Below are positions 1 through 8,747 of a DNA stretch of 19,293 nt, in pieces. Every line of letters starts with the position of its first letter. The first letter of the stretch is position 1. The translations under genes and the position numbers were made by a program. A model generated the notes under the pieces. The model did not search any database, had not been told where the DNA came from, and was given only the letters and a program-made list of their open reading frames with translations. This DNA comes from Trichoplax adhaerens. Its lineage: Eukaryota > Animalia > Placozoa. The stretch spans positions 29,342 to 48,634 of the forward strand of contig NW_002060993.1 of the NCBI RefSeq assembly GCF_000150275.1, given 5' to 3'.

Positions 1-665
1 TTTGAAAACTTCAAAATACTTGCAATAGAAGGCGTAAGTAACTAGGATATCTACATATCATATCATTCATGCATGAATCACTACCTTTAACAATCTAAGC
101 AATAAAATGGACGATGGAATCATTGGTTATTTACTGTTGCTATTCAAAATCCAACCTTATTTCTTTCCTTTAGATAGTCGATGTAGCCTATAATATACAG
201 TATATATTTCGCTCAAACAAAATATAAGAAATTTATATATAAGTATAAATATAAGAATCTTATATTTGTTTAATAAGTGTAAGAAGCAAATCTGTTAAAG
301 ACTGGATGATTTACGAGGAAAAAAAAACTTCTAGGTAGCATTGTTGCTCATAATTAAGTAAACACAAGCGGTATATCATAGAAATATTGAACACTTACAA
401 GGCGAATACAGTATAGTTACAGTTACTTCATCACATCATATATTTCGCAATAATTTATCCACTGTCATTTTTGCCAATAGCTTCCTTTCACAGATATTGA
501 ATCAATTTTAATTACCTGTAGAAAACATAGTTTTATAGAGAAACTAGTCGTACTTTTTACTGTTGCACCTGCCTAGAAGCATAATAGATAAATTGTTGTT
601 TAAACCAGGTACCTTTCTAATTTTAATACATTTTATATGTATGCTAAAATCGGCTTATGAAGCAG

Positions 666-767
666 ATCAACAATCAGAAGGCTCATCACAAACTATGCCC
701 GAGAAACACAAAAACATTTCAACAGATCAACAGCAAGAAAAAGAGCAAAGGGTAGTACCGGAAGCTG
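666..767 (+). CDS. Internal phase-1/phase-1 exon encoding a Q/E/S-rich low-complexity linker (DQQSEGSSQTMPEKHKNISTDQQQEKEQRVVPEA); probably part of the upstream death-domain gene whose 5' part lies outside the window
   Basis: CAG acceptor ending at 665, G|gtacgc donor after 767, 102 nt (multiple of 3), open frame within ORF 563..820; composition resembles the linker exons of the downstream TPR gene. Confidence 0.5.
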
Positions 768-1305
768 GTACGCATAGAGTGATTGGTTTGATCTCGTTTA
801 TAGTTCATTTGCAGCAGTAATTTATCAAAATTTAGGTTATGCTTTTATGGTAGCATTTCATAAGTTATAAATTCGATCTTAAGTTATAATAACTAAATAG
901 CATTTCTACTATACTCCGTATGAAATCAATCCGTGTATTACTTAACGTAAAAATTGATGTAGTTATCTTACAGTATTGCATTAAGTTTAGTTTTAGTACG
1001 ATAAAGTTTCAACAAGTATCAATTACTGATAGCTTACTAAGCTTACTACAAATGCTAAGAGTCTTCATAATTATGTAATGCAAAAACAGATTAACACCAA
1101 ATACTTTTTAAGCTTGTTTATCTATAAGGATTATATCATTAATATACTGATGTGATACTATACAAGCATCTAACAAGTTAAGACGTGTCATAGCGAAGAC
1201 CGAATGTTCTGCACAGTTTATTGGATGCTATTTGTAATGCAAAATGTCGCTATAGTTATATCGATCATTTTTATAATAACTATGCTATTACTGTTCATTG
1301 GATAG

Positions 1306-1350
1306 AGAAACAAGTCGAGCAGACATCATCTACTGCAACTAGCGATGAAG
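1306..1350 (+). pseudogene. 45-nt linker exon (EKQVEQTSSTATSDE) with an apparently mutated donor site
   Basis: gatag acceptor ending at 1305, open phase-1 frame, ends GAA G|ttaaga where the phase-1 donor gtaaga is expected (the 4450-4512 linker exon uses G|gtaaga). Confidence 0.4.
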
Positions 1351-1697
1351 TTAAGACTGGATAGCATTGATTATACTTAACTTTTGCAGCTTGCTCTTAA
1401 CTATCTTACTAATGCAAATTGTTAGAAGAGTGCATAATCATCAGCTGCTGCTAATAAATTAAATACGCACGCAGTTACCAGTAGAGTTATGAGCGGTTAC
1501 TTTTAAGACATATATCGTCGATTTTTTAATATTGATGATTTAAATATTACGCAAAACAGATAAAAAATTTATCCATAGCATGAAAATAAGTACTAATATC
1601 ACCTCGTATAGCAGCTCCTTGTATCCGTTTTATATAGTTAATTTTCCCTTAATTCTATAGTTTAAACAGCTCTCCTTTCACTTTCTGCACTATACAG

Positions 1698-1944
1698 TAG
1701 ATACATCAACTTTTATAAAAAAAATTTATCGAAGTATTAGTGCAGACTGGAAAAATTGGCAATTGAATTAGATATTGACCGAAACGAAATAAAGAATATT
1801 TCACAAGAATATTCTAGTATGGATATGCGATGTTATGAAATGCTTTATCGTTGCCGCCTGAAATATAGCTGTAAATTTGGATTAAAACTAATCGTTGCGT
1901 TATACGAGATCGATTTGGGCGAAATTGCGGCGAAGATTGCCTGA
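1698..1944 (+). pseudogene. Terminal death-domain exon with a 1-nt frameshift
   Basis: After the tatacag acceptor the frame reads VDTSTFIKKIYRSISADWK; a shift in the A5 run at 1751-1755 continues as LAIELDIDRNEIKNISQEYSSMDMRCYEMLYRCRLKY...ALYEIDLGEIAAKIA*. This matches the death-domain pattern (DWxxLAxxLx..EIxxI......xYxMLxxW...LxxAL); the second conserved Trp is Cys here. Confidence 0.75.
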
Positions 1945-2917
1945 AACTATACCAGTTGACGAAAGAATTTGAGTCTTTGATTTTTAAGTTCTGTTGCCAT
2001 ATATATGATAGGATTAACATTTAATTTTGAAGCTTGTGCTATAAACAGTTCTTATGGAAGTGTACTTAGCCGATTAAAACTATACACGTGAAAGAAATGT
2101 ATATATCTTAGATAGCGTTAATATTTTTTGAAGACTGCGCTAAAAATTGTTCTTATCAAAGTCATTAACTGTTCAAAACTGTACATATGAAAAGTAAAAT
2201 GTATTAGAACCAGCTCATGTGTTCGATAGAAAAAAGAACATAGCAGCTTTAATATACTATACAATAGAGTATGCTGCTACATTTAGTGATTTCAGTTCAG
2301 AATAACAATTTCTATCATCATTTCCACTGAAGGAATCCTCTCTTGCCTAATATTTTTATGGGCAGCATAAGCATACTCGTAACTGTGAATTTAAGCTATA
2401 ATTAAGTTAATAAGATACCGGATTTACAGCTTTGTAAAGTATAGGAATTAGCCGAATCAACAGGTCCATTTCAGGTACAAAATCATTTGATTAATCCAGG
2501 CATTATCTGGATTCTATGAGCTGAAGTCATAATATGGTAATTGTATGCTAATTTTAGTTATTTTATGTACTCTAAGCACAATGCAATCGATCCATTGTAT
2601 TAGATTAGGCAAGGGTTAGAGGAACAACATGTAAAAGATCTCTTGTAATATAGGGGCAATAATAGTTTATATGGAAAGTTTATAGAATAAAGAGGCAGGA
2701 TTGAAACAGTACAACACACCGTGCCTGGAGACCTACCATGAATGTTAGCGAAATTAGAGTTGGCTATAGGTACTAAAAGAGGCTAATTATACTGAAACTA
2801 TTTGGAATATCGTCGATAAAACTAACTTTACTGATAGTACTACTGCAAAGAGATTAATTTATATTGAATATTGTCTGCTTTCAATCAATTATTATACTGT
2901 ATGTCAAGATTGAGATT

Positions 2918-4355
2918 ATGGAGGATGAACCCGCCGTGTCCAAATTCAATCAAGAAATCCATTTCTTCTATTTACAAGGTCAAAAATGTAATAAAGCTAA
3001 CGATTACCAAAAGGCACAAGATTATTTTGTACAAGCCCTGGATAAAATTAATTCACTGTCTAGTGTTACCAATGAAATGGATCTACTAAAATGTGAAATT
3101 TTGAATCAAATCGCTGAAATAAATGTAATACAAAAAGAGTGGGTAAAAGCCAATGAATTCGCTCAAAGGGCTTGTAATGCAGCTGAGAAATTGTCACAAC
3201 CAGCCATAATTGCCAAGTGTTTGGATATGCGAGGCGGTGTTAAATTGCTACTTGGCGATGCAAATAGTGCTCTCGATGACTTTAAGAAGGTACTCGGTAT
3301 TAAATTAAGGTTTTCTGGAGATACTACAGAAACTGCCAAATTATACGAAAGCATTGGAAATATCCTTCGTGATCAAGCTAAATTTAAGGAAGCTCTTTCC
3401 ATGCTGAAAATGAAACTTCAAGTTCAACAGCGAATCCTTGAAGAAAATGATCCTGCTATTGCTGAAACATATAGGAGCATTGGATTCATCTATAAAAGGC
3501 AACGCAAGTATGATGATGCTCTATTGATGTATACAAAGTCGCTCAAAATCAATATTCAGAGAATTGGAGAAGAACATCTCGATGTTGCTGACACCCATTA
3601 CGATATGGGAGAAGTATACAAGAAGCAGAACAAGCTAAGCGAAGCTCTTTCTTCGTATCGTAAAGCTCTTACAATTTATTTAACTTTATTAGATGATAAG
3701 CATCCTAAAGTTGGAATATCGTACAGGAACGTTGCCTGTGTTCTTGATGATCAGTGCAAAATTGATGAGGCTCTTTCTATGTACGAAAAATCGCTTGCAA
3801 TTCAATTGACGTCGGTTGGTGAAGATCATTTAGATACCGCATTACTATATACTAATATTGGACGGATCTACGGTCTTCAAACCAAGTTTGATCAGGCAAT
3901 TTCCTCACATCAGAAATCGCTTAGTATTAAGTTAAAAATACTTGGTGACAGTCATTTAGATATTGTTGATTCTTATAAAGGCATGCGACGTCTATATATC
4001 AATAAGCGCAATTTCATGCAGGTTTTATCCTTATGTAAAAAGTCTCGTACAATTCTAATAAAAGCATATGGAGAATATCATAACAGTGTAGCGGACTGCT
4101 ATGTCGACACAGCAGTAGCGTATCATGGGTTGGGTCAGTATGATAGTGCAATTTCAATGTACGAAAAGGCCAACAGAATTTTTACTCATATTCACGGAGA
4201 AAATCATCCTTACCTTGCCAGTACTTATACAATGATGGCAATTTCATATGAAAACCAACATCGATACAATGATGCTGCTTCTATGCAACAAAAAGCTACC
4301 AGTATTCGTCAAACACTACAAGATGGTAATGCCAATCAATTATTCGCAAATCAAG
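2918..4355 (+). CDS. First coding exon of a TPR-repeat protein (kinesin-light-chain/nephrocystin-3-like 42-aa TPRs, about 11 repeats)
   Basis: Long ORF with ATG at 2918 (MEDEPAVSK); eight 42-aa repeats of the type A.xY.xxG.xY..Q.K...AL..Y.K.L.I....G..H plus about 3 N-terminal TPRs; donor CAAG|gtaatt after 4355. Confidence 0.92.
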
Positions 4356-4449
4356 GTAATTTCTGTTTATTTAAACATAATTTTCAATCATTACATTGAT
4401 AACATTTTCCCTTTATGACACACGATATCTATTTGCACTTTACTAATAG

Positions 4450-4512
4450 GAGAAAAAGTTCAAAAAACAAATCAAGTACAGAACCAGGAGATTCCTAACC
4501 AAGATTTATCCG
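4450..4512 (+). CDS. TPR gene coding exon 2, Q-rich linker (GEKVQKTNQVQNQEIPNQDLS)
   Basis: ctaatag acceptor, G|gtaaga donor, 63 nt, phase 1/1, in frame with exon 1. Confidence 0.75.
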
Positions 4513-4767
4513 GTAAGATCAGAAATTGATAGGCTATTAAAATAATAATTGAAAAAATTTTATATAAAATGTTTGTGCTCCAACAGTTTTCAACTTTTAA
4601 TTTTGCGAGTATGATGCTATTTTATGATAGATTGCTCAAAAATTCAAGAAAGTGCATCTACATATGAATCGTCTTGAGAGATTTCTGTATATTTCAATGT
4701 TATATAACTATTGATCGCCTATAAAATTGGATTATTTCACACATTTGATTCTTATGAATTCATCAAG

Positions 4768-4844
4768 ACCAAGTACTACAACCTGAGAAAGGTCCAAGTT
4801 CTAGTGATAATGATCGTGATGTAAACGAAGAAGAGGTGACAACG
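4768..4844 (+). CDS. TPR gene coding exon 3, acidic linker (DQVLQPEKGPSSSDNDRDVNEEEVTT)
   Basis: catcaag acceptor (AAG, weaker), ACG|gtaaat donor, open phase-1 entry; ends in phase 0, so splicing to 4972 gives CTA TGA (stop 4975-4977). Confidence 0.6.
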
Positions 4845-4971
4845 GTAAATATTGATACGGTATCTAATGGATTAATCGCTATCCATAAAATACACTAATG
4901 TTACGATTTGAATACCTGCAAGTAATCCGCTTTGATTTCATGGATAGATAATATAATTTACTATTTTATAG

Positions 4972-5660
4972 CTATGAGAAAAAGAGCAGTATTTGACACA
5001 TACATGAAAGCATTAGAACAAAGAAGTTGCCGAAATAACCTAATACGTGCTATGTATGCCGGTCCTTGCTACGTCGGTAAATCATCCATTATGAAGTTAT
5101 TTACTCAACAAGACCTTGTAAACCATCAATCTTCAACGCAAACTGTTGATGAGTCTGATATAATGGTCGATCTTGAAGTTTATGGCATTTATGATCGCAG
5201 ATTATATGATCTTAGTCACATTTTGGATGCTAATATTAAGGCGATTATTGCATCGTTAGTTAACACTCAAGAGACAATTCAACACCATCGGTTACAACCT
5301 CAGCAGATTCTCAATCAAAGGCAGGATATCCGTCAGTAAATATTGATAGTTCATGTCTAGCTGATATGAAGCTAGATACTGCCAGTACCTCAGCGTTTGA
5401 ATCATCGGATACTTCTACAACATCTCCTCACAGTTTGTTAGACTTGCAATAACGCCAAGATGTCTTTCTGCATTATTTTTCGTCTGTCCTAAATAAAAAT
5501 GAAGATATTATAGGCAATAGTCAATATGCTAAAATATGGGATTTCGGTAACCATTCTATATATTACGCTACTCAGTACCCGTTTCTATCGGGGAATGGTA
5601 TCTATATTCTAGTATTTAATATTACTCAAAATATTAACGATAAAGTCAAGACAAGAGATA
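4972..5660 (+). pseudogene. Decayed Roc (Ras-of-complex, ROCO family) GTPase exon
   Basis: ttttatag acceptor; Y..AL....R.M.AGPCYVGKSS P-loop (5061-5084) and SST switch I; after a frameshift near 5270-5340 and a TAA at 5450-5452 the frame reads AKIWDFGNHSIYYATQYPFLSGNGIYILVFNIT, the Roc WDFxGQ..YY.TH..FL....IY.LVF motif. No COR domain is visible downstream. Confidence 0.85.
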
Positions 5661-5760
5661 ATGATATATCATTAATCAACGTTGAAAGTACTACTACAAT
5701 TCTGTTAATAAGAAGTTCAGATCTACGCGGAAGCAGACGAACGATTAGATGGTCCTCCTG

Positions 5761-5999
5761 CATCTTCTCGCAGTATTCTAGATTTACAGCAATGTCAAGA
5801 TGTCTTCCAACATTAATTTTCATCTATAGATAATGAAAATAAAGACAGTCAAGGCAATAGCCAATTTGCTAAAATACGGGATTTCGGCTGTCATTCTATC
5901 TATCATGATACTCATCATCCGTTGTTATCGGGAAATAGTATCTATATTCTCGTATTTAATATTACTCAAAATATTAACGATAAGGTCAAGATCACATAA
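5761..5999 (+). pseudogene. Second degenerate copy of the Roc G3/switch-II segment (direct repeat of ~5421-5651, 340-bp offset)
   Basis: Reads DLQQCQDVFQH*FSS...FAKIRDFGCHSIYHDTHHPLLSGNSIYILVFNITQNINDKVKIT*; shares gtatttaatattactcaaaatattaacgataa with copy 1 (5612 vs 5952). Confidence 0.85.
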
Positions 6000-7189
6000 T
6001 ATAGTAAAATCGGGATGTTATTTCATGCACAATATTTTTGTTTTTTTATTTTATCTACAGTGCATTACTGTGCACTCTCAGAGTGCACGGCAAATTTTTG
6101 TATTTTGTTTGTACTGTGCAAGCAAATGTATGAAATTTTTTCGTTTCGGCAATAAATTTCATACCCAACGAAAGAGAATAAGTTGATTTACAAGAATCCG
6201 TGTATTATTTTTCTACAGACTGTATATACCCGTTTCTTCATAGACGGAAGATTTTGATTTAAAATCGATTTTAAATTCGATTAATTGCATATACTATGCT
6301 GGTATGTACGTTTTCATGCGTCTGTATTCATTTATTGTCAAGAAAAAATACTGGAATTAAACTAAATATCGCAACAGGTCTTAAAAATAATCAGTCATTT
6401 TTACATAATTACTATATGCAATATGGACTCAGGCTAGCTTATTCATTACCATAAATAGAAAACTTCTGACTAGCTATTAGCTCAGTAAGATACACAGAAA
6501 TCCGGCATTAATTTTTTACACCGACCATTCTAATTAAGGCAAACAAACATGTTTATGTGGGATATTTTTAGCATCATAATTGTTTCTAAGATATTATCTG
6601 TAGTTGAAAAAAAAGAAAGATTAATCGACATTGCAATAACTTATAACTTTCCATTATTGGTTATAACGTCTTCATGTCAGTTTTAGTGAACTTTGATTGA
6701 TCTTCAGGAATCACATGTGATGTCTCAAATTATTGAATACACTAAAAGAGTTATGTTACCCTACAGTAGTGGTACAAATAACCGAATAAAGCAATACGAT
6801 ATTAAATTTCAACACTGATGAATTGGTTATGTCGTATAAAAATTGCTGTTGATAGTCTTTATTAAGGTTGAATGCTGGAATATCTTAATGATATAAGATA
6901 ACGATGCCATTTATTTATTATCACCTGTCAGACTAGCATAAGATTACAGTTGAAATTATCTTTAATGATTTTACCATACAAATATTAGCGAAATCATTTA
7001 ATACAGCAATCGCAATAGGATTGTTGACATGACAATCAAATACTACTAACTTAGTAACAAATTAGATAAGGTAGTTGGCTAGTGATCATGACTGAAATAA
7101 GCTAAGTGATATTCTACGAACAGATTCTTAACGAAGGTCTATTTAAAATTATGACTAGTTTCTTGCATAACATCAGCCTGGTTAATGCA

Positions 7190-7631
7190 TTAATTGGATT
7201 TTTTTTTCCCAAGAAAGCGAACATTTGTGTCAGTAGTACTGCGACGACGACGACGACGACGGCGACGTCGGCCCCACCACTAAAATAGAAATCATAAAAA
7301 TCTACTTTAGTACATTTCCATTAAGCTTATCTTAAATAGTTTATAGCCGACTATTTGAGTTATTACTATATCATGGACGATTTATCATTATCATTATGCG
7401 TAAACTAACTGCTTTCTTAAGATGTTGCAAATCTTCTTTCAACTCTTCAATCTCTTGGTCTCTTTCATTAAATCGCACTACGTCTCCATCATCTTCTTCC
7501 ATACGGCTAGTAATAGCAAAGTCGTACTGTTCCTTATCATCGTCAGTATTTTGCTTTGCTTGGTCTTCTTTAGCGCTGCAGACTACAACTATTAATAATA
7601 ATGAAGCTAGTACAACTAATTTGGAGTTCAT
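7190..7631 (-). CDS. Secreted prepropeptide, 103 aa; coding exons 7631-7410 and 7279-7190; signal peptide + acidic propiece + KK + AWWG(R)10STTDTNVRFL-GKKKSN; candidate cationic antimicrobial (arminin-like architecture) or neuropeptide-like precursor
   Basis: Signal peptide MNSKLVVLASLLLIVVVCSA; phase-0 intron 7409-7280 with GCA|gttagt donor and ttctattttag acceptor; spliced frame is open to TAA at 7192-7190; AATAAA signals on the - strand near 6910-6919. Confidence 0.85.
7241..7270 (-). repeat. (CGT)n trinucleotide tract encoding ten consecutive Arg
   Basis: - strand CGA CGT CGC (CGT)6 CGC; synonymous CGA/CGC interruptions fit coding poly-Arg; CpG-rich island in AT-rich DNA. Confidence 0.9.
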
Positions 7632-7866
7632 TTTCTCTTTGGTGAATATTATCTAGAAGCGATAGATATAAATGACATTAACGCTTAATGTGAAATTTAT
7701 GCCATTTAAGATCAATTCGCTGAAGCAAACTATTCTAATTTTGAAATTAATCGCTGCTATACATCTTAATTCATTAATTACTGTACTGTAGCTAATTAAT
7801 GATCAAATTCGATTATAATCCAAAAATTTTTCTAAAAAATTACTATCTTATCTTTATAATTCTAAC

Positions 7867-7901
7867 CTTCCTTGCACTTGGTTGCAAAATCGAATCGTGA
7901 A
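7867..7901 (-). other. Predicted non-coding first exon (5' UTR) of the prepropeptide gene; intron 7866-7653
   Basis: GAAG|gttaga donor at 7866, ttctag acceptor ending at 7653 just before the ATG exon, Inr-like TTATTC about 30 nt downstream of the TATA box. Confidence 0.55.
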
Positions 7902-7926
7902 TAACGTAGTGTTGATAGTGGACTAG

Positions 7927-7936
7927 CTTATATAAG
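7927..7936 (-). promoter_or_regulatory. TATA box of the prepropeptide gene
   Basis: CTTATATAAG (palindromic) about 30 nt upstream of the predicted first exon. Confidence 0.6.
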
Positions 7937-8140
7937 AATCGAGGAGGTTTGCAAGACACTATCAATCGGCAATCGTAATTGTATAGCTATTCGTATTTTG
8001 TACGCTTTCTATCAATCGCTGAATTCATTAGCTACTCATTAAACAGATCCATGCAATCATTGATCTTATTGTTAGGCATCTATTTTTGTTGAGAGTATAA
8101 TGTTTGTGTCGATGTTGCGAATAAACACTATTATAATTAT

Positions 8141-8148
8141 TGACGTCA
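8141..8148. promoter_or_regulatory. Perfect palindromic CRE (CREB/ATF site)
   Basis: TGACGTCA about 210 bp upstream of the TATA box. Confidence 0.5.
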
Positions 8149-8530
8149 GCTCAATAGCCTGCGGTGGTTGCATCCTCTTTCTACAGAGCTTATTTCGACA
8201 TTTTCAAGAAATAAATTATTATCAAGAATTTTGAGATGAAAATTCTTAATAACAGAAATAATCGAACCAATTTGGAATACCTTAACAACAGAAACGTAAC
8301 TTCATTATGTATAATATAAATAATATAAGAGAAATTCGAGTTCATCAGGTCTTCTTATCAAGTTTCCTATGGCGCTATTCTGCTGGAAAATATCTTGCTT
8401 TACTATAGTCTGTTTTGTAATTCAATGTATGGTATAATTATAACATGAGTTACTTTTGATCTAAAGTCCGTATTACCTTTGAAATATTTGGAGTAAATTT
8501 TAGTATTTATCAAATCAGGATTTTTTCTTA

Positions 8531-8747
8531 TTATTTAGTTCGCATGTATGCACGTTCTTTTAAGCGATACGAGTTCTAGTAAACATTTGATTATCTTAAC
8601 TACGAAGATCAAGAAATTTAGCAAAGCCCTCATTGTAGTTATTTAGTTCGTATATTTCCACGTTCTTTTAAGTGATACGAGTTTCTAGTAAACATTGGAT
8701 TATCTTAACTACGAAGATCCAAAAATTTAGCAAAGCCCTTATTGTAG
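8531..8747. repeat. Two-copy tandem duplication, 108/109-bp unit (8531-8638, 8639-8747)
   Basis: Both copies run ttatttagttcg...cacgttcttttaag.gatacgag..ctagtaaacatt.gattatcttaactacgaagatc.a.aaatttagcaaagccct.attgtag with scattered substitutions. Confidence 0.95.

Noticed and set aside
2864-2917. N-terminal extension of the TPR ORF from a TTG start, and its read-through end at 4356-4399
   Set aside because: Eukaryotic gene: ATG 2918 follows a likely acceptor at 2908, and a good donor lies at 4356
1814-3354. Short ORFs 1814..2020(-), 2871..3089(+), 3163..3354(-)
   Set aside because: Overlap recognisable death-domain or TPR coding sequence in other frames and have no motifs
5833-6186. 117-aa hydrophobic ORF that looks like a membrane protein
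   Set aside because: Off-frame reading of the second Roc copy plus T-rich downstream DNA
7106-7288. + strand ORF with poly-Thr
   Set aside because: Antisense shadow of the poly-Arg exon; splice signals support the - strand
7396-7656. + strand 86-aa Ser-rich ORF
   Set aside because: Antisense shadow of the acidic prepropeptide exon
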